Positions 11,989 to 20,755 of a DNA stretch of 64,000 nucleotides are shown here, piece after piece. The notes under the pieces were generated by a model that saw nothing but the letters and a program-made list of their open reading frames with translations, had not been told where the DNA came from and did not search any database. The stretch lies in the NCBI GenBank assembly GCA_050916045.1, contig CP051526.1:2464001-2528000 (forward strand). The letters are read 5' to 3'. The DNA is from Tepidisphaera sp. (GTDB lineage Bacteria; Planctomycetota; Phycisphaerae; Phycisphaerales; UBA1924). The position numbers and the translations under genes were made by a program. The first letter of the stretch is position 1, and each line of letters starts with the position of its first letter.

Positions 11989-12742
11989 CGCCGGTCATCG
12001 CCGACTCGGCAAGGCCGCACTCGGGACACGACGCTGCGGCGTCAAGACCGGTCCTCGCGTACGCGCATCGAGTACACAACCCACGTCGGCGTCTCCACGC
12101 ACGCCGCGCCATTCCCGGCGCGTGCAACAGGCCGCGCCAAGCAACCCCCATCACCGCCGAAGAGGCCAGGAAGGGCAGCCAGATCGGTCGGAGCGGAAAC
12201 GGCGGAGGGAATGACGCCGCACTCGGGAGAATCGAAAAATCTCTTCGCGGCCCCAGCTTCGCAAGACGCCCGGAAAGATAAAGAGCCCCGCCCGCAAACA
12301 ACCCCTGGGGCCGACTGACGGGAGCCTCCGACCACATCGTCGGCACGGGCCAGCCCCGCGCGATCATCATGTTCGAGCCGACACGCTCGGTGGTGGCGCG
12401 ACCGGCGTCATCCCAGAATCTCGCGTACCCGCGCACCCACGACGGCGGCCGGAGATCACCACGGGAGACGAAGCTCGCCGGCAGCCGGTCGCGTTGCAAC
12501 ACGGTCACGGTCCAAAGCTCGGTCCCCGGAAACTCGGCTCGCTCCACGGAGACGACACCGCCTTCGTACTTCGGCCCACCGGCCCCGGCGGGGATCGGGG
12601 TCACAAGCCGGGGGGAGTCCGAACCGCTCAGGTACGGAGCCGCCAGCCTCAGCTCTGTCCACGCGAACGCCCACGCGATTCCGACCGTCGTAAGGACGCC
12701 GAGCAGCAGAGCCGCGACCCAGACCATGAAAGCACGGTGCAT
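11927..12742 (-). CDS. Membrane protein with C-terminal zinc ribbon
   Basis: N- and C-terminal TM, RRRRGLCTRCAY...CPECG; start ATG 12742 lies 6 nt after TATCGT. Confidence 0.7.
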   Translation of the reverse strand: MHRAFMVWVAALLLGVLTTVGIAWAFAWTELRLAAPYLSGSDSPRLVTPIPAGAGGPKYEGGVVSVERAEFPGTELWTVTVLQRDRLPASFVSRGDLRPPSWVRGYARFWDDAGRATTERVGSNMMIARGWPVPTMWSEAPVSRPQGLFAGGALYLSGRLAKLGPRRDFSILPSAASFPPPFPLRPIWLPFLASSAVMGVAWRGLLHAPGMARRAWRRRRGLCTRCAYARTGLDAAASCPECGLAESAMTGVSGRPLFREPPAERSATRSR

Positions 12743-12798
12743 TCGATGACGATACCGCCCGCGGCCGCTGCGGTTTCGAGGAGGATCGGACGAGCCCG

Positions 12799-14247
12799 TC
12801 ATCGCCTCGGGTTTCGCGGCGTGCCATTGCGGATGCTTCGCGGGGGCTTGAGGGGAAACGGGCCGGGCTTGGAAGCGGCGCCGCCCGAGGGGGACGCGGG
12901 GGTCGTTGGCTCGGGGCTTTCAACCTCCTGGGCCGGCGTCGGCGAAAGCTCGGGAGACGGCTCAGACTGAACGGCCGGCTCGTCCGGCGTGTCCACGACC
13001 GGCGGGGTCAGGATGACCGGCGCAGAGGCGGCGAAGATTGGGGCGAGAACGGCTTCCTTGTGCTCATGGGTGACCGGCACGCGATCGGCCGCAGGGGGCG
13101 CGGGCTGGAGCGTGGTCGGAGCGGGTTGAGCGAGCGGCTTGGGTGCGGCCGCCGTCGGGCCGCTGGCCGTGTGGGCTTTCGCAAAGATCATGCGTCCGGC
13201 GTTGGTCTGAAGCGTCGAAGTGACGACGGCGTCGACATCCTGGCCGATGAAGTCTCCGGCGTGGTCCACCACGACCATCGTGCCGTCGTCGAGGTACCCC
13301 ACCGCTTGGCCTTCGTGCTCACCGTGACGCATCATGCGAACGCGGAGCGGCTCACCGGCGATCACCTGCGGGCGCATGGCGGCCGCGACATCGTGGAGGT
13401 TCAGCGAGGGGATCTTCTGGATGTCCGCGACGCGTGCGAGGCCCGAGTCGGTCGTGACGATGACGCCGGGCATGGAGCGGGCGAGCTCCAGGAGCATCTG
13501 ATCCACGGGCATCTTGGGCAGGTTCGTATCGTCGATCATCACATCGATCGCGGCCGCCGACTGGAGCTTTTCGATCATCGCCAAGCCGCGCCGACCGCGA
13601 CCGCGTTTGAGGCGGTCGGAGCTATCCGCCAAGGTCTGAAGCTCCTCCACGACGAACCTCGGCACGACGAGCGGCGAAGCGATGATGCCCGTCTGGGCGA
13701 GATCAAGCACACGGCCGTCGATGAGCGCGGAACTGTCGAGGACCATCGGCCGCGGCCCGCGGATCTGCTTGACGAACTCGACGTACGGGATCACCAGCCG
13801 GAAATCGTCCTGCGTCTGAAGCACCGTCGCAACGGCCAGATACGCGAGCCCGATGCCGATCAGGACCTTGAGCAGCGAGATCAGCGACTTGTCCTCGATC
13901 GCGTACGACGCCCAGAACAGGTCCAGCACCTGCCCCACCGCCAAAGTCCCGATGATCGCCCCTAGAAGCCCCAGGAAGATCGAGAAAAGTGTCGAGACCT
14001 TCTTCCGCGGCGTCAGCACGTCCGCGAAGACGACGATGATCGCCAGCGCCGCCGAGATCGCGACCGTCGTCGGCCACGCGAAGACGCGGGCGGTGTCGAG
14101 CGGGTTGCGTTTGTTGTAGCTCAGGATGTCCAGCAGCGTCACCGTGACGAAGAGGACCAGGAAGGTGACGCGAACGACCTTGAGCAGCACGCTCCGCGTG
14201 CGGTCTTCCTCGGCACGGACGTTGACGATGGGGTCGCGCTCGGTCAC
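12799..14247 (-). CDS. PIN/TRAM domain membrane protein (YacL-like)
   Basis: N-terminal TMs, VLDSSALIDGR, RGRRGL, GQAVGYLDDGTMVVV, LQTNAGRMIFA; Pro-rich tail. Confidence 0.92.
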   Translation of the reverse strand: MTERDPIVNVRAEEDRTRSVLLKVVRVTFLVLFVTVTLLDILSYNKRNPLDTARVFAWPTTVAISAALAIIVVFADVLTPRKKVSTLFSIFLGLLGAIIGTLAVGQVLDLFWASYAIEDKSLISLLKVLIGIGLAYLAVATVLQTQDDFRLVIPYVEFVKQIRGPRPMVLDSSALIDGRVLDLAQTGIIASPLVVPRFVVEELQTLADSSDRLKRGRGRRGLAMIEKLQSAAAIDVMIDDTNLPKMPVDQMLLELARSMPGVIVTTDSGLARVADIQKIPSLNLHDVAAAMRPQVIAGEPLRVRMMRHGEHEGQAVGYLDDGTMVVVDHAGDFIGQDVDAVVTSTLQTNAGRMIFAKAHTASGPTAAAPKPLAQPAPTTLQPAPPAADRVPVTHEHKEAVLAPIFAASAPVILTPPVVDTPDEPAVQSEPSPELSPTPAQEVESPEPTTPASPSGGAASKPGPFPLKPPRSIRNGTPRNPRR

Positions 14248-14251
14248 GCCG

Positions 14252-15511
14252 TCATTGTAGGGGCTGAGCGCCCGGGCGCAAACCGAGGACCTCTTCCAGC
14301 GCGTCCGCGGCCCGGGCCGAAGCGTTTCCGGACGACATCGGCGCGACGACCTGCCTCAGATCCGCCCGCTGACGCTCCATCGCTTCGGGAGATCGGAGAA
14401 GCCGCGCCGCTTCGGCGACCAGCCGGGCCGGGCCGCCGAAATACGGCATCAGCTCGGGGACGATCGTGCGGCGGGCGAGGATGTTGGGCAGGGCGAGCTG
14501 CTTGGTCGCGAGCACGGCCCGGACGAGAATGTTGAAGATTCGCCCGCCCTTTCGGTAGAAGACGACCATCGGCTTGTGCTGACGGGCGACCTGGAGGGTG
14601 GTGGTGCCGCTTTTGACGATGGCGAGGTCGCACCAGCGGATGACGGCTTCGCTTTCCCCCACCACGATGCGGAGATCGTCGGGCCAGCCGCGCTGATCGC
14701 GTTCGGACGCGGCGAGCTCGCGCATGACGCGCTCGGCTTCCGGGTTGGTGGCGGCGACGACACCGGCAGCGCCCGCCCACATGGACTTGAGCTCGCGGAA
14801 CGCGCCGAGCGTGAGCAGGAAGTGCTTGCGGAGCTCTTCGGGTCGTGAGCCGGGGAAGAGAGCGATCTTGGGTTCGCCGCGCGGGAAATCGGCGGCTTTC
14901 GCGTCCAGAGCGACGGGATCGATCGGGTGGTCGAAGAACGGATGGCCGATGAACCGAGCGGGGATGCCGCGGCGGCTGAAGAAGCGGATCTCAAAGTCGA
15001 ACAGGCAGAGCAGGAGGTCGGTCCGGCGGCGGAGCTTGGCGACGCGCCACCGCCCCCACGCCCAGACCTGCGGCGCGACCAGATGCACCACGCCCAACCC
15101 GTGCTTGCGCGAGAGGTCGCAGATCGAATCGTTGGCGCCGGGAGAGTCGACGGGCACGTGGACCATTCGGGGGGCGCCCGGGCCGCGCTGAGCGATGGCT
15201 TCGGCCATCCACTGGTCGATCCGTCCGAGGACCTTCAGGTGTTCGCGGATACGGGCGAGGCCCGGAATGCCCATGACACCCTCGTCGATGGTCCGTTCGA
15301 TGAGTTCGGCTCCCGCCGCGGCCATCTTGGGCCCACCCCACGCGACGATCCGGAGCGTCGCAGGGTCCGGGTGCCGGCGGCGAAGCTCGCGGATCACCCG
15401 CGAAGCATGCTCATCCCCGCTGGGCTCAAACGCGGTAAAGAGGAGCAGCCGTGGCGCACCATCGCCCTGAGCGGGCGTCTGACGGTCGTCGGCATTGGGC
15501 TGATCCGGCAC
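14252..15511 (-). CDS. lpxB: Lipid-A-disaccharide synthase
   Basis: EPSGD, VDSPG, APQVWAWG, IGHPF, LFPGSR, KSGTTTL, LPNIL. Confidence 0.92.
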   Translation of the reverse strand: MPDQPNADDRQTPAQGDGAPRLLLFTAFEPSGDEHASRVIRELRRRHPDPATLRIVAWGGPKMAAAGAELIERTIDEGVMGIPGLARIREHLKVLGRIDQWMAEAIAQRGPGAPRMVHVPVDSPGANDSICDLSRKHGLGVVHLVAPQVWAWGRWRVAKLRRRTDLLLCLFDFEIRFFSRRGIPARFIGHPFFDHPIDPVALDAKAADFPRGEPKIALFPGSRPEELRKHFLLTLGAFRELKSMWAGAAGVVAATNPEAERVMRELAASERDQRGWPDDLRIVVGESEAVIRWCDLAIVKSGTTTLQVARQHKPMVVFYRKGGRIFNILVRAVLATKQLALPNILARRTIVPELMPYFGGPARLVAEAARLLRSPEAMERQRADLRQVVAPMSSGNASARAADALEEVLGLRPGAQPLQ

Positions 15512-15550
15512 GGGTTCATTGTTGGCCGGTCACGCGGCGAGAAAAGGGGC

Positions 15551-16267
15551 TCACTTGACGGCGACGCGAGAAGCCGCCACGACCAGCCCGTCCTCGATCC
15601 GCACCGTCCGCTGGGCCCGGGCCGCCGTCGCGTCGTCGTGCGTCACCACCACGATCGACTGCCCCGACTGGTGGAGCCCGGTGAGCAGGTCGAGAATGCT
15701 CGCGCCCGTCACCCGGTCCAGATTGCCCGTGGGTTCGTCCGCCAGAAGCAGCTTGGGCTGGTTGATCAAAGCCCGGGCGATCGCCACCCGCTGCCTTTCG
15801 CCGCCGGAAAGCTCCGCCGGCCGATGCCCGATGCGGTGGCCCAAGCCGACCCGCTTGAGGAGCTCGCCCGCACGGTCGAGAATCTCCCGCCGCTTGCCCA
15901 GAAACGCCACTCGGCCGTGCTGCACCATCGCCGGAAGGATGACGTTCTCCGTGACCGTGAGCTCCGGAAGCAGGTGGTAGAACTGAAACACGAATCCGAC
16001 ATCGCGCGTCCGGTAGGTGTCGAGCACGCCCGCTCGCTGCCCCACGAGCTCATTCCCCATGTAGCGGATGCTCGTGTCCGGGCTCTTGTCCGGCCGGTCG
16101 AGCGCCCCGAGCAGGTGCAGCAGCGTGCTCTTGCCCGAGCCGGACGCTCCGAGCACCGCGAGAAACTCCCCCTCGCTCACCGAGAGGTCCACGCCGCGAA
16201 GAACCGGCACCTTCGTCTTGCCGAGCGTGTAGGTCTTGCGGAGGTTGGAAGCCTGGATGATCGTCAT
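15551..16267 (-). CDS. lolD: Lipoprotein-releasing ABC transporter ATPase (LolD-like)
   Basis: GASGSGKST, GFVFQFYHLLPEL, LSGGERQR, ADEPTGNLD; downstream of a LolC/E-like permease. Confidence 0.85.
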   Translation of the reverse strand: MTIIQASNLRKTYTLGKTKVPVLRGVDLSVSEGEFLAVLGASGSGKSTLLHLLGALDRPDKSPDTSIRYMGNELVGQRAGVLDTYRTRDVGFVFQFYHLLPELTVTENVILPAMVQHGRVAFLGKRREILDRAGELLKRVGLGHRIGHRPAELSGGERQRVAIARALINQPKLLLADEPTGNLDRVTGASILDLLTGLHQSGQSIVVVTHDDATAARAQRTVRIEDGLVVAASRVAVK

Positions 16268-16306
16268 GGCTTTGTGGTTGGTCCTAGGAGAACGGGGCCG
16301 AACGAA

Positions 16307-17881
16307 TCACTCAAACCGCAGGGCGCGAACCGGGTCCATCCACGCGGCACGGATAGCCGGGATGAACGCGCCGATCCCCGACGCGAGCACGCCGCAGACC
16401 ATCACGACCGTCGCATCCACCCACTTGAACTTCGCCGGGATCTCCGTGAAGTAGTACACGCGCGGGTCCCAGACGTACAGATCAAGGGCTCTCCCGAGCC
16501 ACTCGTGGATCTCGTTGATGTTCGTCACGATCAGGTACGAAGCGATCCCGCCCCCGATCGCTCCGACCACGCCGATCGCCAAGCCGTACCGCACCCAGAC
16601 CCACGCGACGCCCATCCGCGACGCTCCCACCGCCCGCAGGATGCCGATGTCCTTGGTCTTCTCCGCGACCATCGACCAGAAGATCGCAAGCACCAGGAAG
16701 ATCGCGACGATCGAGATGATGCCAAAGAGGAACAGAATGAGGCCGAGTTCCTTCTCAACCGCCGCGATCATCGTCCGGTTCTTGTCGCGGTACGACGAGA
16801 TGTTGAGCAAGCCGCCGCGGGTCGCATCCGGGAAGTCCTTCTCGAACTGCACCACCACTTCGGCAAGCCGCTTCTTGAACGCTTCGACCTTCTTCGCGTC
16901 GCTCACGTCCGTCTTCGCCCTGACGAACACCGTGGTGACGCGGGCGGGCGAGCGGCCGATTACTTTCGGCTCGGCGAACCGCTCCCTGCCATCGGGCCCG
17001 ATCTCGATCGTCCCCGGCGGCGGCACCGACGTCACCGCCGCGACTTCCTCCATCCGCAAAGCCCGCTGCAACGCGTCAAGCCGGAGCAGCACCGTCTTGC
17101 TATCAACCTCATAGACCCCGCTCTGAAATTCATTCGCCACGGCAAAGTCAAACCGCCGCGTCTCGCCGCCAAGCGGGGCTCCGGACGCATCCATCGGCAG
17201 CACGTGAAGCGAGATCTTGTTGCCCATCGGAAGCAGGTCGTACTGGTTCTGCCCCAGCCGCGAATAGGCTGCCGAAGATCCGTGCCCGTACCGCGGGAGG
17301 TAGATTCCCTCCGGCCGACGCTGGTTGTACCCCGTCACCTCGATGCCGATCACCGCTCCCGCCGTCCGCTCACCAGTGAGCGAATCGGTCACCGTGAGCT
17401 CCTCGCCGTTCTTGAGCGTCTCCGCGTAGAAAGCGCTGGCCTGAGCGTCAAGCCGCGGATCCAGCCGCCCGACATCCTTCCGAAGCGGGGCATCCAGCGG
17501 ACGCCACCAAAGCGTGGAATCAAACGCCGACACCTTCGAGAAACTCTTCCCCTCGATCCCCCGGAGCACGACCAGGTCCCGCCGGCTTCCCGGAAGCACC
17601 ATCAAAGCCTGCGTCACGATCGCCGGGGCCGTCGCTTCAACCTCCGGCAGCTGCTCAAGCCGCTTCTGAAGCTCCGCGTAGTGCGGGAACCCGGCTCCCG
17701 GCACCTCGATCTGCACATCGCCCGAAATCGTCCGCGTCGAACTGATCAGGTGCGTCAGAAACCCGCCCATCACCGACCACACCAAGACCACCATCCCGGT
17801 GCACATCAGCACCGCGACGGACGCCAGAAGCGGCATGATCTTGCTGGTCAGGTAGCGGCGGGTCAGAAGGCTGTGGTACAC
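16307..17881 (-). CDS. LolC/E-like (FtsX family) ABC transporter permease
   Basis: RRYLTS, SVMGGF, VAEKTKDIGILRAVGA, PAIRAAWMDPVRALRFE; start set to GTG 17881 (7 nt after TACACT). Confidence 0.88.
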   Translation of the reverse strand: MYHSLLTRRYLTSKIMPLLASVAVLMCTGMVVLVWSVMGGFLTHLISSTRTISGDVQIEVPGAGFPHYAELQKRLEQLPEVEATAPAIVTQALMVLPGSRRDLVVLRGIEGKSFSKVSAFDSTLWWRPLDAPLRKDVGRLDPRLDAQASAFYAETLKNGEELTVTDSLTGERTAGAVIGIEVTGYNQRRPEGIYLPRYGHGSSAAYSRLGQNQYDLLPMGNKISLHVLPMDASGAPLGGETRRFDFAVANEFQSGVYEVDSKTVLLRLDALQRALRMEEVAAVTSVPPPGTIEIGPDGRERFAEPKVIGRSPARVTTVFVRAKTDVSDAKKVEAFKKRLAEVVVQFEKDFPDATRGGLLNISSYRDKNRTMIAAVEKELGLILFLFGIISIVAIFLVLAIFWSMVAEKTKDIGILRAVGASRMGVAWVWVRYGLAIGVVGAIGGGIASYLIVTNINEIHEWLGRALDLYVWDPRVYYFTEIPAKFKWVDATVVMVCGVLASGIGAFIPAIRAAWMDPVRALRFE

Positions 17882-17920
17882 GGGCGTCAGTGTAGCGCGG
17901 GGAGGCACTAGGATGCGCCC

Positions 17921-19717
17921 GTGAGCGACACCGTGCTCCAACAAGTCCAGGCTTTCCTCAGCGCCGGCAAACTCGCCGAAGCGGAAGCCGCGCTCCAGCA
18001 GGCCATGCGCCGCGAACGCGCCCCCAACCCCAAGCTCGACCACGCCATGGCCGTCACCCTCGGCCGCATGAGCGGCCCCGGAAGCCGCGAAAGGCTCGTC
18101 CGCGCCGCTTTCTTCGCCGAAAGAGCCTGGGAAGCGTCCGGAGCCGGGCTCCAGACCGGCACCGCGACCCTCGGCATGACCTACGGCAAGCTCCTCGCCG
18201 CCATCGGCGACCACCCACGGGCGATCCCCGTCTTCCGCCGCATCCTCGACAAACGCCCCGACGCCCCCGGCGCAGGCCACGCACTCGCCGCCTCCCTCTC
18301 CGCAACCCACCAGCTCACCGAAGCCGCCGCGATCCTCACCGGCCTCCACGCCAAGACCGGCGGCGACGACCCGATCGTCGCTCCCGCCCTCGCCGCGACG
18401 CTCCTCTGGATGGGCGAGGTCGAGCAAGCCTGGAACCTCATCCGCCAAGCCGCCGACCGCCAGCCCGACGACCCGCTCATCGCCACCTCGCTCGCGAACA
18501 CCGCGTGCTACGTCCCGGGTCTCTCCCGCGAAGAGGAATGGCAAGCCCAGCGCCGGTACGGCGCGATCTTCGACCGCTCGGTCTCCATCACCAGCCCGCC
18601 GATCACCCCCCGCGACCCCGGCCGCCGCCCGCTCAAGGTCGGCTTCCTGTCGCCGGACTTCCGGGCCCACTCGGTGGCTTCGTTCCTCCTGCCCCTGCTG
18701 ACCGCCCTCGACCCGGCGGAGATTCGGCCGTACCTCTACTTCACCGGCACGCCCGACGAGGAAACCGCGCGATTCCAGAAACTCGCCTGCGTCTTCCGCG
18801 ACGTCGCCCACCTCTCCGACAAGGACATCGCCGAGACCGTGCGAGCCGAGGAGATCGATGTGCTCATCGACCTCTCGGGGCACACGCGTGGGCACCGTCT
18901 CCCGGTCTTTCTCTTCCGCGCGGCACCGGTCCAGCTCGCGTACCTCGGCTATCCCTCAATCACCGGCCTCTCGCAGATGGATGGCCGGCTCGTCGACGCG
19001 ATCACCGACCCGGTCGGTGAAGAGAACACGGTCACCAGCGAAAGACTCATCCGCCTTGAGGCTCCGTTCCTCTGCTACGAACCGCCGCCCATGCCCGAAG
19101 CCGTCGCGAAAGCCCGCGCCGGACCATGTCCCGCGGACAAGCCCTTCACCTTCGGCTCCTTCAACGCCGCCAGCAAGCTCAACCCCGGCGTCCTCGCCGC
19201 GTGGGCCGAGATCCTCCGCGCCGCCCCCGCTTCCCGCCTCACGCTCAAAGCCACTTCCTTCGCCGACGCTGGCGTCCGCGACTCCACCCTTCGCAAGTTC
19301 GAAGCTCTCGGCGTGCCCCGCGAACGCGTCACGATCCTCCCCCCCACGGCTTCCCGCCAGGCCCACCTCGCCGCCTACGCCGACATCGACCTCGCCCTCG
19401 ACACCTTCCCCTACAACGGCACCACCACCACCTGCGAAGCCGCCGCGATGGGTATCCCCACGCTCACCCTCCAAAGCGACCGCCACGCCGGCCGCGTCGG
19501 CGCGACGATCAATCACGCTCTGGGCCTCGGCCACCTGATCGCCAAGACCGTGCCGGAGTACGTCGCCACGGCCATCCGCACCGCCGAGCACCGCACCGCC
19601 CCCGCTTCCTCATCCCTCCGCGAAACCCTCCTCAAGAGCCCGCTCTGCGACGCCAGACGACTCGCAGCGTCGTTCGCCAGCGTGGTGAAAGCGCAGGCAC
19701 TCGGCACTGGGCACTAG
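17921..19717 (+). CDS. TPR + GT41 O-GlcNAc transferase (SPINDLY-like) protein
   Basis: TPR-like N-terminus; KVGFLSPDFRAHSV, DLSGHT, APVQ..YLGYP, FGSFN..K, LDTFPYNGTTT. Confidence 0.92.
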   Translation: MSDTVLQQVQAFLSAGKLAEAEAALQQAMRRERAPNPKLDHAMAVTLGRMSGPGSRERLVRAAFFAERAWEASGAGLQTGTATLGMTYGKLLAAIGDHPRAIPVFRRILDKRPDAPGAGHALAASLSATHQLTEAAAILTGLHAKTGGDDPIVAPALAATLLWMGEVEQAWNLIRQAADRQPDDPLIATSLANTACYVPGLSREEEWQAQRRYGAIFDRSVSITSPPITPRDPGRRPLKVGFLSPDFRAHSVASFLLPLLTALDPAEIRPYLYFTGTPDEETARFQKLACVFRDVAHLSDKDIAETVRAEEIDVLIDLSGHTRGHRLPVFLFRAAPVQLAYLGYPSITGLSQMDGRLVDAITDPVGEENTVTSERLIRLEAPFLCYEPPPMPEAVAKARAGPCPADKPFTFGSFNAASKLNPGVLAAWAEILRAAPASRLTLKATSFADAGVRDSTLRKFEALGVPRERVTILPPTASRQAHLAAYADIDLALDTFPYNGTTTTCEAAAMGIPTLTLQSDRHAGRVGATINHALGLGHLIAKTVPEYVATAIRTAEHRTAPASSSLRETLLKSPLCDARRLAASFASVVKAQALGTGH

Positions 19718-19808
19718 GCACTTGGGGTTGAAGCAAAAAGACCCCGCGCGGATCGCGCGGGGTCTTGGTTCCGTCTTCACTGGTGCGTGGTGCCCAGTGC
19801 CAAGTGCC
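19696..19808. repeat. Inverted pair of heptamer arrays (GGCACTN x4 and its reverse complement x4) enclosing a terminator
   Basis: GGCACTC GGCACTG GGCACTA GGCACTT at 19696-19723; TGGTGCG TGGTGCC CAGTGCC AAGTGCC at 19781-19808. Confidence 0.75.
19735..19766. terminator. Bidirectional intrinsic terminator between convergent genes
   Basis: AAGACCCCGCGCG-GAT-CGCGCGGGGTCTT perfect 13-bp stem with flanking A run. Confidence 0.85.
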
Positions 19809-19819
19809 TTCTTCTCTCC

Positions 19820-20530
19820 TCAAGCCGCGAGCCCGACCGGGCCTTCACCGGTGCTTTCGGCGGAGGCGATGGTGAACGACCCGCCCGAGCCGACGCTCCC
19901 GAACTGGACCTTGAAGATCGGGCCGGAGACGCCGGGCTCGTTGCCGCGGCGGGCGGTGACGATGTACTCGACCTGATCGACGCCCACGGGGAGGGTCCCG
20001 TCGGTGAAGGACTTCTCCCGCCCGCCGGCGGTGCCGACGACGGAGAAGGGCCCTTCGCCGCCGTTGATCCGGCGGGAGACGACGTAGACGACGCTGCCGA
20101 CGCCGGTCGGCTGCGCCACCTTCCAGCGGAGCGTCAGCGAGCCATCGCCGTTGACGCCGACGGTGAACTGGTCGGGCGCGTTGGGGGCCGGGGGCGTGCC
20201 GGGGGCGTCGTTGGGCGAGACACCGGCGAGGACGTAGACGTTGGGGTTGTTGGTGGACTCGGCGAACGCCTTGATGAGGTTGACGTACTGCCCGCCGGTG
20301 GTACGGACGGAGCGGACGGCGTTGTCGAGGGCTTCGGTCGCGTTCTTGCTGGCGACGCGCGCCGCCTCGGCGGCGTCCCTCGCGGCGATGAAGGCGGTGA
20401 CGAGGTTCTTGAAACCCGTGATCTGACCGGGTTGAAGGCCCACGAGGGCACCGTTCAGCTGCCAGAGGGCGCTGCGGGTGTTGGCCCAGTTGGCCAGCTC
20501 GGGGATGGTGCGGGGAAGGTTGGTGCCCAT
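19820..20530 (-). CDS. Hypothetical protein, helical N-domain plus fibronectin type III-like C-domain
   Basis: SD AAGGAG before ATG 20530; P..P..LTLRWK...Y...FTD...Y.V pattern of FN3; no signal peptide. Confidence 0.7.
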   Translation of the reverse strand: MGTNLPRTIPELANWANTRSALWQLNGALVGLQPGQITGFKNLVTAFIAARDAAEAARVASKNATEALDNAVRSVRTTGGQYVNLIKAFAESTNNPNVYVLAGVSPNDAPGTPPAPNAPDQFTVGVNGDGSLTLRWKVAQPTGVGSVVYVVSRRINGGEGPFSVVGTAGGREKSFTDGTLPVGVDQVEYIVTARRGNEPGVSGPIFKVQFGSVGSGGSFTIASAESTGEGPVGLAA

Positions 20531-20755
20531 GGTCGTTGCTCCTTGGATCCGCTGGGGATCAAGCCGGGAGCAGACAGACGGACCTCCGCACCGGCGCACG
20601 CGCGACCGGATGACGCGGAATCGCTCCCGGAACAATCATCGAACCGGGGAGTGTGCCACTTCAATCGATGAAAAGAAAAACAGCACCTCGGCGGTGCTGC
20701 TGGGAGGCAATTTGTGATTGCGGGAGAGGGTGTCGTCCAAACCCGGCCGGTCGGG

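Noticed and set aside
14927..17911. 994-aa plus-strand ORF and other long antisense ORFs (4686-6476, 5971-7782, 9002-10573, 29579-31357, 40826-42433, 48227-49981, 60640-63099)
   Set aside because: Shadow frames of well-supported genes on the opposite strand, expected in high-GC DNA; no recognisable motifs
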